Positions 1 through 12,509 of a stretch of DNA of 64,000 nt are shown piece by piece; within the stretch, counting starts at the first letter, position 1, and the number at the start of each line of letters is the position of its first letter. The position numbers and the translations under genes are program-made. The notes under the pieces were generated by a model. It was not told where the DNA came from. It worked only from the letters and a program-made list of their open reading frames with translations, and did not search any database. The DNA is from Puccinia triticina (lineage: Eukaryota). The stretch is from NCBI GenBank assembly GCA_026914245.1, contig CP110440.1, forward strand, positions 2,666,001 through 2,730,000, in the 5' to 3' direction.

Positions 1-1428
1 ATGACCCAATTTTGACCCGTGGGCATTTTGGGAGTCAATTTTGTAATTCCGCGATCCCAAACGGGAGTCGGAATTTTAATTTCGCAAAAAAATACCGGAA
101 AATAAAGAAAAATTTATACCTCCGCACTGGGGCACCCAAAGCCCCCCAAAATTTTACAGCACTCTAAATACACTCTTTAGAGAATATTGTGAGCTTCACA
201 GCATTAGTACTCCTCAGGGAAACCCTGTGTAGTCAGGGGGCGGATTTGGTGGATTTCCCACTAAGGCAAACCCCCAAAACCTTATCTACGGTGCTCCAAA
301 CAGCCCCAAATTTTTTCTGCTATAAGGATAAGCTCTTTAAAACATATGTTAAGCTTCACGGCATTAGCACACCTCAGGGAGACCCTGTGTAGCCGGGGGT
401 GGATTTGGCGGATTTCCTACTACCGCAATGTGTCATATCCTGAGATACGGTGATCCAAATGCCCCCAAAATTTTTCTGCCACATAAATACACTCTCTAGA
501 GCATATTTTATACTTCACGGCATTAGCACACTTCAGGGAGACCCTGTGTAGCCGGGGGGGGGCGGATTTGGCAGATTTCCTACTACTTATCCTCACTTGA
601 ACCCTCTATATCTTCTGATCAAGAAGCAATACAAAGAAACAGAGGGCTCTCAAAAGATTCCCTGCCCTCTTATCTACCATTACCAACACAGAAAGCAAAA
701 ATATTCCTAACGGCGTAGGACGGCGCAGAGGAAGAAAACTACGACAATTGCCTTAGTAGGAAATCCGCCTAATCCACCCCCGGCTACACAGGATTTCCCT
801 GATGTGTAATACCCCCCTAAATCTCAAAATATTTTCTAGAGACTGTATTTATGTGTCAGAAATATTCTGGGGTCATTTGGATCACCATATCTCAGGATAT
901 GGCGCATTGCGGTAGTAGGAAATCCGCCAAATCCACCCCCGGCTACACAGGGTCTCCCTGAGGTGTGCTAATGCCATGAAGCTTAAATATATTTTAAAGA
1001 CTTTATCATTATAGCAGAAAAAATTTGGGGCTGTTTGGAGCACCATAGATAAGGTTTTGGGGGTTTGCCTTAGTAGGAAATCCGCCAAATCCGCCCCCCG
1101 ACTACACAGGGTTTCCCTGAGGAGTAATAATGCTGTGAAGCTCACAATATTCTCTAAAGAGTGTATTTAGAGTGCTGTAAAATTTTGGGGGGCTTTGGGT
1201 GCCCCAGTGCAGAGGTATAAATTTTTCTTCATTTTCCAGCATTTTTTGCGAAATTAAAATTCCGACTCCCGTTTGGGATTGCGGAATTACAAAATTGACT
1301 CCCAAAATCCCCCCGGGTCAAGATTGGGTCATGGGGACCCGGGGCAGACGTCGCGCGGCGGTCCGCGCGACGTAAACTCAATTTGGGAGTCGATTTTTTA
1401 ATTTTTGGGAGTCGATTTCTCAACCCCC
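1..1428. mobile_element. Foldback-type non-coding DNA transposon with ~580-bp+ inverted arms built from ~159-bp subrepeats; left end lies outside the window
   Basis: 1-~580 is the reverse complement of ~755-1332 (atgacccaat...gggagtcaattttgtaattccg vs cggaattacaaaattgactccc...attgggtcat). The motif ccctgtgtag recurs at ~223/383/542 and its complement at ~784/943/1102. A ~170-bp unique spacer separates the arms. The right end at ...caaccccc (1428) is a guess; no TSD is visible. Confidence 0.75.
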
Positions 1429-3794
1429 TATGTTAATTATGTACAAGATTATGGATAGATGAGGAGTTTAATCCCGGCGGGAATTTGACATAGGAACGCT
1501 GCGAACCTCGACGACAAGCCGTCCACGGCGGGGAGTGGTTGTTGGAGCCAATAGGGCTGATCGGAGTCGACTGACGGGTTCGCAAGGAGACCGTCTCAAG
1601 TACGGACGGGGATGGAGTCTTCTCTTATGTACACCGGCACTGCCCAGCCAAGCACGCTCGGCATTCAGCACCATTACCACCCACAGCCACAGAGAGCCAG
1701 ACGTGTCGCATCGACCATGTCACCTGCCAACCAACAGCGACCGATTGTCGGTTAATCCGCCAAAAACAGCTGCACAGAGGAGCGAGGGGAGTGCGATGAT
1801 AGTGCTAGACCCGCTTACGAAGGTCTATCTTCTGTCGGCGACGAACCTGCCCTCTGCGCCGCCAGGCGCGACGGAAGATGGCCCCGACCACCACGGCCTG
1901 GATATCAAGATCCTCTTCCTGCCCCACCTGATCGCCACTAATCATCCTTGCCTGCATCAGCCGGCAGCGGATGATCTAGGACGGGCGGAACGGGCTGGGT
2001 AACAGAAACTTGCGTCCGCCGGCTCCTGCCTTTTCTCCGTCCTCCTCAAACCCTCTTCGTCGACTCCTATCTGCTCTGGAACGTCGATGCTCCCGTCGGC
2101 CATCGGCTGCTCGTGCCCATGCCTGCCCATCACCTCTCTCCATCTCCCTCCATACTCGGGTTTCTTACTTTTTTTTTTTTGCGGGGCCAACGGTGACTTT
2201 GATTCGAGCGCAAAGTGTCGTCCCTCCATATCATGAACATTGGTACCCATAACAATATCTACCATGAATTCGTCGTCTGTTTCGCGAAACTCGCCTGGCT
2301 CGATTTTTTTTAGCCCCCGCGCCAACACTTCCTTCCCTTTCCTTGGGACACCGTCGCGACTTCGCGCCCACGTTTAACCAGCTGTTACCCAGACACCTTT
2401 TTGCTAAAATTGAACTCATGGCTGGTGCATCCTGTCCCCCCTCTCTTTAATTTGCCCAGCACGTGAAGGAAAATGAAAGCAGGGGACCAAATTATGGCGA
2501 TACATGATAGATCTGGAATATGATATCCCTCCTTCTTTCGACTCGCCTGACAAACTCAACAAATGGGAATAATGCGCCCTCGGCGAAGATGACGACAATG
2601 ATGAAACTTCGGAAGGTATCGGAAATGGTAATGATCATCGACGACTGGCAGGCGATGGCCCTGACCCAAATAGAACTTCTCTAGACTTAGTAGAGCGCTT
2701 TTTTGGAGGGTCGTACCCAAAGATCTAGTGATCGTCTGGGCAGGGTGTGGTTTTTTATGGCCCTACTTGACTGAAGCGGGGATTAGATAACATTGGTTGC
2801 ATATAGGTCAAATATATTACACCTTTTGAATTTATAACAATGGCAGCAATTTGTGAGGGGACAGGTGGTACAATGAGCATGGTGAGGAAATGGTAGTTGA
2901 GTGGGTGAGGCTGGCAATCCAGCAAGGAAAAAATCCAAGTACAATGTTCAATACCTTGGACTAATCATTCAGTGACTGTGAGGAAACAGAACCAGTCAGA
3001 GGACAAATAGGCTATTTAGATACGCAGTGGAAGATTTACTGTTGTCTTGGTTTAGAGAAGGGCTTGACACTTTGTTTGCGGGTGAAAACTCAATCCCAAT
3101 TGATTTTAACCAGCCCCTGACATCAAGCCATTTAAATTAACAATTTTGGTTGATGTGAATTCCTCCTGGATAGACTGAGCTGTGGGTGCATGGTTTGTAA
3201 GCAAAGCATATAAGATGCTACTATAATATCAAAACAATAAGCAGCAGATTTGGAGGCTTCTTGCTGTACTGGTTCCAGGTTGGGATAAGAGAGAAAGAAC
3301 TGATAGTGATTGATTGCTTGGATTAGGATAAAAATTGTAGGCTAGATGCAGGTGGTTAAAATGTGATGGGGATAATGAACAAGTAAAAGAAAAGTATTTT
3401 CTGTCAGATGCTTTTTTGTGAAAATCAAGGATTCCCAAAAATGCAGTGAGCGCTCATAAGGAGATTATAAGGGATGGGAGGGAAGCTGAAAGCCTTGATG
3501 ACTAGGTCTTTTAGACTGCAAGGCATTGGGCACAACACATGATACATGAAAATTGAGCATTCACACTATCCTCTGGTTTTGAAACTAATATTTTGAAAAG
3601 TCCAAAAGGTCCAGGACACGTAGTTGAGATGTGCAATGTAAAAAGAGAATTTAAGGAAGATTGGGAGAAACACCAAATTCCAAAAATACCAAAAAGGGCA
3701 TCAGTACCTTAAGCCAACACCTATAATAAGTAAAAATCTTGAAGTGGAGATAAAATTTGTGCAAGTGACAAGCCATTAAAATACAAATAAGCTT

Positions 3795-4927
3795 ACCAGC
3801 CATGTGTGTAGGTTGTATTTGTTGTACCCTGATGGATTTTTTTGCGCATTAATAATGTTGTCGAACGTGTCTGGATATCTCGGGGTAGCTGCTTGGTTCT
3901 TTTCTCGTTGGTTTTTTATCCGCCGGGATGAATCAGGAATTCCCAAGCGCTGCTCTTCCAAAATCCTTTGTGGTGCTCGTGGTAATTCTATTTCTTGAGC
4001 TTCCTTTAATTTTGCCTGGTCTATTACTAAATATTTGATGTTTTTGTTCAATCAGATTGGTATGCATGAAAGAGTCAATGAATGCAATGAAAATGTGTGA
4101 AAGATACAGGACGCTTCAAGGATTGCTAGCTGAAGCGGATGAAATCTTGATGAGGGAATAGTGAGGCTTACGCTGAACCATTTGGTACCAAAAATTGTCC
4201 CTGAATAATGTAGGTAGCTTACTCTTCTTTCGGGACTCCCAGTCGTGATCTTCCAACGTGATCGGAGGTGATTTCATCTCGTCCTCCATCAGGCCACATC
4301 GTAAAAGTTGCCTCGAAATCACACTGTCACAAAGCATCTGTTGGACGGTGGTGGGTTGAGCTAGATTATGTTTCAGCATCAAACGAACAGCCTGGAAGAT
4401 TGCTTTGCGAAACGGATGGTGTTCTCGATCTCTGCTGTATGCATCAATCTCAGGCCAGAGAAACACTGTCAAGAGGATGATAAAATTTGACAGAATGCGT
4501 TCTGTTTCTATGAATGGGTCCCCTAACTTCACACCGTTTCGATTGTGTTCGTGATCTGAAGCTTCTTTCCCACCTCTGATCAACGACATCAAAAAGTATT
4601 TTTTGTCTATAAGCTCGCCCAGGGTCTTGATTTGTTGGTCCAGAAAATCTAGTCGGGTTTTGTAGTGTTTGTCAAGTCCAACACGAGTAAAATGTAGTTT
4701 GGCCTCCTTAACATCGTGCTGCACTTTGCTCAAATCACTGATCACAGTTTCCAAAGTGACTTAAAAAGTTTAAAAAAAGGCAAAAGGCATGTTTACTTAG
4801 CGATAATCTCAAGGAGAATGTGAAATTGCGTACACTGGGGTAGTGCGTTAGTCGGTGGGGCTATGGCTCCTTGAGAAATGAGCCATAGAGAAAACCAGAG
4901 GAGGGTGTCTCGACAGGCAAGTCTCAT
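3795..4927 (-). CDS. Multi-exon predicted secreted protein, lineage-specific and effector-like; 3' exons unresolved (may continue toward ~2980 or be degenerate)
   Basis: Exon 1 (4927-4834) encodes MRLACRDTLLWFSLWLISQGAIAPPTNALPQ, which is signal-peptide-like. A 74-nt intron (4833-4760; gtacgc...ctaag...aag) joins it in frame to ORF 4116-4754. Further gtaagc donors occur near 4151 and 3796, with ORF 3776-4051 between them. Confidence 0.6.
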
Positions 4928-6096
4928 CTATGTTTAGACCGGCGGCTGGGTCAAGAAAATGGCAAAAGGTGTTATCTGGAGTTTATGCGGCCTGTAGTGA
5001 CAAAATTGGTGATCAAACTGGAAGCATAGAGGAAGCGGATTGGTGAGGGACCAATGAGAAAACATAATCTGGAAAGATACTTGACCAACCCTCCGGGGTT
5101 TCACGTTCTTGCGGGAGAAAATTAGATCAATACCTACTCAAATGGCAGGAGGGTCGCCTAGAAAAATCAAGTCAGGAGACGTGTAAAATGTACATATTTT
5201 CATGTATCTATATATAGCGTTGCATCAAACCAGCATAAGGGCTTGGGCCTACGCAAGCTTGAATGCTTTGAGACGGTTTGAGACGGGACAAGAGCAAAAA
5301 GGTTCTTGCCGACAATGCAACAACTGTACCGGAAGCTTCCAATTACATACGGTGCCCCCCATGACTTCTTGACTACCCCTACAGGGGGGTTCCAAATTTC
5401 GGAGATTTTTTTTTTTTAATTTTTTTTTTAAAGTGGGCCATTTTTGGCTTTTTTTGATGCAAATGTCACATTTCACCAACCATATTCATGATAATATTAT
5501 GTCTTCTCACCTCTTCCTGCACACTTCATGTACATATGAATAAATGCATAGCACTTTCAATGAGCCTCATCGAGTCCTGGCTCTAGAGGAAAACCTGCTT
5601 TCCAACCATCAAAGATGTCAGTCAGTAAAGCTGCCCGAGCGCAAAGAGCACGAAGAGCTCGCGAGTCATCCACAAACAAGAAGCTGGTTCAAATTGCTAA
5701 ACAAGGCAAGAAGTAAACCAAAATTCAAAAACAAAGTCAACTTCTCTGGTCGCGAGTTATTGAAATTGCCGATGAGGACAAACCAATTTCCATCTCTGAC
5801 CACAATGAGGTGCCAATTATAAACGCTTATTGAAATTTTATTCAAAAAAAATCGAAATTCATTCAAACTTTTTCTATCTAACTTTTTCTTATGTACTTTT
5901 TCAAAAATAGCCCAAATGACCTTGAGGAGGTCGTTTGGGACCAAAAATTTTCAAAAATTTGTTATCCAAAAAGATTACAGGTGTACAGTGCATGTATTGG
6001 ACACTGTACTGCACTACTCCAACAGTACAACTCAGCTACCATTCATTAAATGTGATGCAGTGTACATATCATACAACTCTGACAGCCCTCCAAATA

Positions 6097-6186
6097 CTGG
6101 TTGGTGGAGCCAGCAGAACAACCACTGGTCGGCGGTGCCAGAAGAGCAACCACTGGTTGGTGGGGCCAGCAGAGCAACCACTGGTC
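6097..6186. repeat. 28-bp minisatellite, ~3.2 copies
   Basis: ctggttggtggagccagcagaacaacca / ctggtcggcggtgccagaagagcaacca / ctggttggtggggccagcagagcaacca / ctggtc. Confidence 0.85.
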
Positions 6187-7222
6187 ACTCTCTGGTGTCA
6201 CTCTTGAGGGTGCAATCTGAGCCCCTGTGTTGATTTGACAACAGTCCACCGCTGCCCCCGCAGCTCACACCGCACATGTACAAAATAGCTGAGGAACAGT
6301 TCAGCTTGCCCTTAGAGGACCCGGAGACCTCACAGAGGAGCAATCATGCCTGGATGGAGGGCTTCTGGTCCCATCGTTGGTTCATCAGTTTCCAAATAAT
6401 CCCAAGGGAGAATCAAACACCCTTTGGGAGATGGGTTTGACCCTTGGCGCCATGGTCCTTGTGTTGGGGGGCATCTCATTACGTTGCCAAGCTGGCCATG
6501 GCACGGTGAGCAGAGCAGTGGTCCTAAATTTTGCTGGGTGTGTGGTGGGTTTATAATTCTTACTTTTTATCCAGGCTCTTTTGAAACATATTTGGGCCTG
6601 TATTTGCCACAAAAACTTAAGAGATTCTGTTTTCTATCAAGTTTGGAAAAAAAAGTACGATAAAACTTCAATATGCATTGGGCCCTGAGCCAATTGCAGA
6701 ACTCAAAAAAAACCAGAATCCAGCTGATCAAGTTGAAATTTTCAAATTTTTTGACCAGCATGTTTCTATGGAGGCTCTGGACCAACATGTCAGACAGCTT
6801 TTTGTTTTTTGCAGTGTCTTGAATTTTTTTGCATTGGCATTTTTTTTATACAAACTCATTCTCCAAGATGGCCAGAAGCCATCAGATTATTGGTTTCCAC
6901 TGTGCCACAACCACATATACAGACCAATATGTATATAAATATGTACATAAGGGCTATTGTGGCAACTCTACCTACTTTCTGCACCACATGGGTACAAAGG
7001 AATGCCTTTAACCATACACAAAGGCCATCTGAGGATGTCCTACAAGTCTTACAGCTTGCTGGATGTCCTTGCAGAGGTTAACGGCTTGTTGAGTGGACTT
7101 CGGTCCCTGCAGGACGGGGCCTGTTGACTCAGTTAAGTTAGAGTGATTTGCGGAGGCTCCCTTTGCAAGGGGTACTTCGCGTCAGCCAGGCTGCACCAGG
7201 CCCTCCAAAGAGAGTCTGGTGT

Positions 7223-10200
7223 CTAGAGCACTTGCGGTATTGTTAGGGTACCATCCCCATTGGTTATCTGGAGGGGTCCACTGTGGGTCGCCAACATGAA
7301 GCCGGGAGAAGAAGCCAAATTTAGCCTCATGGGTGGCTTGATGGGGAAAACAGAGGAAAACAATTGAAAAGATCCGCTCACGTGATGGGTCGCCCCAGAA
7401 TCCAAAACAATGCCCGCGCTGGCGACACCATTCGCATCCGCGCCCACCGCTGATCGAACTGCCGCATTCGGACCAGGCACGGGTGGGTTGTTCAGTGGTG
7501 CCGCCTGACAGGTGTAACCAGAAGCGGGGCGACCAGGAATGAGACTGTTTGGGGGCGGCAGCTTGGCATTGCTGCAAAGGACTGGACAAAAAGATCTCCA
7601 GTGCCCCTGCACTCTACAGTAAGCACAAGGCTTGCCCATGAAGATGGATGCGTCGCTAGGATTCTGATTCCCTTTTTTGATGTTGTTGATAGCCGCTGCG
7701 ATGTTATCAACAGTGGGGCTACCCGGATTACCCACTTTTTGTTGTTGAGGTGCTGGCTGGTTGTCGGGATTGAAATCGCCCACTTTGTTGGGCAGGCTGC
7801 CTTGCATTTCCCCAAGGTTGGTCATTGGAGCGGGACTGTTGAGGATACGTTTGGTAAACAGATACATTCGGATGTTGTTGACCCGCATCAAACCAAAGAC
7901 TTTCCCCGTACGCTGAAGTGATGATGGTTTTTATGTCTCGTGCTGTAACCAACTTTGTAAGCGCTGCGCTGCAGAAAGCGCAGCGAAGCGGTTAGCGCAG
8001 CGGTTTTTGGCACCGCTGCGCTGCAGTGTAGCGGTCAAACCGCTGCCGCTTCCGCTTTCCAAGATCCCCAAGAAAAAAAGTGTATTTTAGCGCGCTGAAA
8101 AAAGTGGCCATGTAGCGGCCAACCGCTAAAAGCAGCGGTAGCGCAGCGTAAAACCGCTGATTCCAGCCGTAGCGCAGCGGCAATAAAGCGCTAATCTACA
8201 TACACTGGGGGAAAAAAAACTTGGGGAAAAAAGCTTTTAAACTACCAGTAATTATCAATAATCAAGATTTTTTTGTAGGTTTTTAGAGGGGACAGAGCTC
8301 AAGAAAAGATAATAAAAAATTAAACTAGCACTTTTTTTTGTTGGGTTGTTTAGATTTAGATTTAGGTTTTGTTTTGTACCTTTCAAATTTTGGGTTACTC
8401 CGCGCCTCATTGATAACCTTTTGGCAATCCAAGAATACTCCTTCCAGCCTGACTTCATTCCGGATCCACATATGACTGCTAATACAGCGCTCAATCAACA
8501 TTGAGAAGCAAAAAATTAATCAATTCACCATAAACATCAATTAGATCAATGGTTCTCCGCTGGGGCACACATTCACATGAGTTGAATGTGTTGTATGATT
8601 TAGTTGTGGTCCAGTTTTTTGCGCACATTTTCTGAGTCATATAAGTCGCGTGAAAGCTGTCAAGAAGCAAGTCCCAATTAACTTGTAAGGCCTCCTGCCT
8701 TAGCCTCTCAAGGTTGGATTGGATTGCCTTGTTGATTTCTTCCGGCTCTTTGGGTGGCAAAAGATTCATCCAGTCATCATCCTCTTCCTCTCAGGTGGTG
8801 TAGACGGTGGAACGTCGTTGGATTTGGCGGGTATGGCAGATTGCTGAGACCCAACCATGATGTTGACACCAAGCAGTGACTTCGACAAGGATAGCGAGCG
8901 GAGATGTCGACGGGGTATACTATAACCACTCCTACTAGGTATGCCAGTATATGCCGCTCCCCGATTGGAATCTGCGCAGCTTCTGCTCCCGCAGCATATA
9001 GTGGTGGGTGCAGCGTTTAGCGGTCAGGAAGCGCCCATGTAGGGGTTTTGCGCTGCGCTATGCTATTTCGCAGCTGTAGCGCGCTTATTTCCGCTGCGCT
9101 AACGCTGCCGCCCCTCAGGATGAAGCAGTACCCCGCTAAATTTAGCGCTAGCGGAAGCGGTTTTTCAACCGCTTCCGCTAAATGCCCATGGGATGTAGCG
9201 GTGTAACCGCTGCGCTGCGCTAAATGACCGCTTTTTCTAGCGCAGCGCAGCGGTTACAACGTTGCTGTAACCTCCTTCTGGGAACCAAGCTGGAGTGATA
9301 TATTCTGAAACAGTTGCAAACGGGACATAGAAGGTGGCACCAGCAAGACTGCCTGCAGGATAAGGCTCTCGACGTGGGTCAGTAGGGCAGCCTCCACTTT
9401 CTTGAGGTCAGCAAAAGTGTTGAATAGCTTTTTGAAAAAGCCTTGTACTTGCAAAGGGTTGGTTGTAGGTCCCAAGACCCAAAACTCAAGCAAACGATTG
9501 ATAAGTTCCATCTGTCAAAAGCGCACTGTGCCTTGAAAGTTGGTTTGGAGAGAATTGAACGCCTCTGTGCCTGTTGTGAATTGCTTGGTGATAGACTGGA
9601 GCTCATCGTCAATGGTGACTTGAATAAGATACAGTATACAGGTGTTCTCTTGCGCGGTGACTTTTGTGTAATTTTTGGGGTTGACAAATAGGTTTTGAAT
9701 ATTGATGGTGAGCAAAAGGACTCAATTGAGACTCCGTTTCCACTTTGTGAAATTTGACCAATCAGCCGTGAGGTGTTCGACGTCAGACTTGTAAATCCCG
9801 GGTTGCTGTAGGAATTTGGTTCTCGGAGAAATCTCGGATGTGGTGGTTTGTGACCTGTGGAAGAGGGGTAATTCAGGGTTTGAGATAAGTTAGATATGGT
9901 AGGTGAATTTTCTGATGGAGAGCGTGGTGTCAAAGGTTCTTGGGGTATGTTGATTCCTGGTTGGTATACAGGTGTCAGGATAGTAGCTATGAAAGGTAGT
10001 CCAAATGGGTTCCTTACAATTCAATGACTGAGAGATACTGCCTGAGCTACTGCCTCTGCGTCCTCATCGATATGTTGGGTTATTACTTTGGAAAAGACAT
10101 ATGAAATTGCTGAGATAAAGGGTGAAGGTGGACGATCTTGTTCTAAAGGATTTGCTTTCTCCTTGGCAGAGACGGTGGTAGTGGAGGTAGTTTGAGTAAT

Positions 10201-10350
10201 GTCTTGTATTCCTTTGTCTGCTTTGCTCGCTTAGCCCGCGTCGGTGGTGGAAGAGGTCCGGTAAGATTTGGTTTGTCTCATCTGGTTTCCACCATGCGGT
10301 GGTCAAGAGTTGCTGAGGAAGTGTGTTGAAAGGCTAGCTAGCTGATAGAT
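7223..10350 (-). mobile_element. Degenerate Ty1/copia retrotransposon fragment (gag and protease), interrupted by the element at 7950-9264
   Basis: ORF 7223-7891 has a CX2CX4HX4C knuckle (CAYCRVQGHWRSFC) and the copia protease motif VLDSGATHH. Gag-like pieces lie at 9254-9715. Removing the insert restores ...QKEVTARDIK.... No RT, integrase or LTR pair was found, so the outer limits are approximate. Confidence 0.8.
7950..9264 (-). mobile_element. Internally deleted TIR DNA transposon, CAAC...GTTG ends, 7-bp TSD, with a probable KDZ-transposase (CxC1-like) remnant
   Basis: TIRs caactttgtaagcgctgcgctgc / gcagcgcagcggttacaacgttg differ at 2 of 23 positions. TSD ctgtaac at 7943-7949 and 9265-9271 (a 9-bp reading is also formally possible). 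Both subtermini are rich in gcgctgc/gcagcgg motifs. ORF 8491-8769 ends in CEC...RRTIDLIDVYG, which resembles CxC1 regions by recall. Confidence 0.85.
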
Positions 10351-10470
10351 GATTTGATTCTTAATCTGTTGTTGCATAGAATGTCTGAAGATCCATTGCT
10401 CCTCCCCACCTGCCTGATCTCTCCTCCACACTCTAAATGTGGAGTTTGCCCACCCCACCTCTCAACACTT

Positions 10471-10746
10471 CATTCAGTTTCTCAATTCTGTCTCAACTCT
10501 CAACTCCACACAATCAGGAGTGCTTGCTGGTGGTCTTGTCAGTCTAACTCATGTGCTGTACTCACACATTGTTGGTCTTCTAAAAGGTTCTTTTTAAAAC
10601 TTCATTTTTATTTTCTTCATTCTTTGATTCATGAAAGTTACATTCAGTTTCTCAATGCTGTCTCAACTCTCAACTCCGCACAATCAGGTGTGCTTGTTGG
10701 TGGTCTTGTCAGTCTAACTTGTGTGCTGTACTCACACATTGTTGGT
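10471..10746. repeat. ~105-bp direct repeat, two copies 170 bp apart
   Basis: cattcagtttctcaat...gtactcacacattgttggt at 10471 and 10641. Confidence 0.8.
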
Positions 10747-11140
10747 TTTTTCAAAGATTCTCTGCGCTAGTTGTTCTTTAGAGGCCATAGTATAAAAGCA
10801 CATGGGCTGTAGACAATTTCAGGTCATTGCTTGGCTCTTGCTTGGTGCCAATTGCTTAAAGAGCCAAGCAATCCAGGACAGTGTGTACCTGTAGTTTGTT
10901 GGAATGGCAAAGAGAGAGGAATGCTGCCAAAATTTTCTTTGGCGGGCGCCTGTCGGTCCTGTTAATGTTAAACCGCTAACACATAATGTGACAGGTGAAC
11001 ATTGTGACAGTATGGGGCTTGACAGGGATTGACCATGTACTGGGCTGGGGCGCAGGGGAGGGGGTTAAGGACTTAGGATTAGATGTGAGGGCAGGATCTT
11101 TCCCGGCTAGGAGAGGGCGAGGGCCTAGTCGGATAAGATT

Positions 11141-11518
11141 TCACAGGTTAAACCGGCTTGGGTGAACCTTCTTCGACTTCGGGGACCACTTGGGAAGGCA
11201 GGATGGGCTTGCCGGCGGGTCGCACGGGCAAGTAGATGTGTGGGACGAACCACAGTGGAGCCTGGTTTCCCGGTGAAAAATCCTGCGACATGTCCCACGA
11301 CAGGTGTATATCACCAGGGGTCGAAAGCTATTAGGGCAAGGGCCATGGTCTCCTTCACCCAGCCGACAAGACTCCCGGATAGGACATCGCACCTCGACCC
11401 CTTGGAAATCGACATGCGCTTGGGTGCCGCAGCACATTCGGGCGCCGCCGTCGAATAGCGCGGAAACGCCGGCCAAGAGCGTCACCACGTGGAGGAAGTG
11501 AAGGATAGAGAGATTCAT
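11141..11518 (-). CDS. Small secreted cysteine-rich protein (candidate effector), 125 aa
   Basis: ATG at 11518 gives MNLSILHFLHVVTLLAGVSA (signal-peptide-like), then 11 Cys including a Y-x-C motif (YTC). An apparent 5'-UTR intron (gtaagt at ~11607 to cacag at 11531) lies just upstream. Confidence 0.7.
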   Translation of the reverse strand: MNLSILHFLHVVTLLAGVSALFDGGARMCCGTQAHVDFQGVEVRCPIRESCRLGEGDHGPCPNSFRPLVIYTCRGTCRRIFHRETRLHCGSSHTSTCPCDPPASPSCLPKWSPKSKKVHPSRFNL

Positions 11519-12509
11519 GTCTGGCTCCAACTGTGTGTGTGTGTGGGGGGGGGGGGGGGGGGGGTTAATAGAGGAACAGGCAACGGCTCGAACCGATGAT
11601 GACTTACAATGGATGAAGACGTGCGACCGGAGAAGGAAGTGTTAGGCGGTTCGACTACTGTCGAATGATCAGGTGGGGCATTTCGCTAGTTTAGGCGTGA
11701 GGTTTACGCTAGGTTGGGCAACAGGTGGGGGCTGAGTCCAGCTAGAACATGTCTCGGGACGGCTAAACTTCGCGCGACCTCCTCGGAGGGACTGTGTTAA
11801 GATCGGCTAAACGTGTGGAACGTGCTCTGGGCAGTTTTTGCTCCCGGCTTTGCTTCTTTTGAGATCGGGTTAGCTGTGCAGGTCTTATGAGAAGGCTGTG
11901 TCAGAACATTGGAGGACTTCCCGTCGCAATCTGGGAGCAATCTGAGAGCCTCCCAGAGTCTCAAAGCCTAAATTTCCCTGCGAAATTTGGCTCAGATCTG
12001 GGTCTGGAAGGGGTTCCCAGATTGACGGGAAGTCCTCCATTCACTCACGACGCGTGCAAATCTGGAGCAACATTAATGTCCGTTGATCTGGGTCTGGATG
12101 CGAGCAGAGATAAGACAACCGACTACAAAATCGTAAAAATTGGCTGTTTCTCAGAGGGAGCAATCACGTCCGATGGGGGCGATGTGACGTGCTGCAAGCT
12201 ATGTGTTGTAGTGTGATCTTCGGTTGAGGGACACAGGGTCGCACTAGAGTACCAGAATGTCTTGTGACATGTAGCCGGGCCCGTGACACCCAGACGCCGG
12301 CTCCAAGGGTCACCCTCCCAACGGGCTTAGCCTTGGGTCTTCCAGACGTTTCAGGATCTCAGCCCTGCGACGCTTCGACCTGGACCCTCGCGCTTGCACC
12401 GGGCTTGGTTACCATCACAACACGTCTAACTTAGCTGATTCCCTTCTTGGGGGAGCGAAGCGACCTCCAAAGGAGGCTCCGAAGGAGAGACTTAGGGCCT
12501 GTACCATAG

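Noticed and set aside
1468..2640. GC-rich overlapping ORFs with a possible minus-strand intron (~1817-1725)
   Set aside because: No coherent spliced frame or recognisable domain could be built; possibly a decayed gene.
5380..7100. Possible DNA-transposon relics with A/T-tract subtermini
   Set aside because: No paired TIRs or TSD could be identified.
11899..12288. Possible solo LTR (tgtca...tgaca; right end resembles 41301-41325)
   Set aside because: No matching TSD on the flanks, so the boundaries are unsupported.
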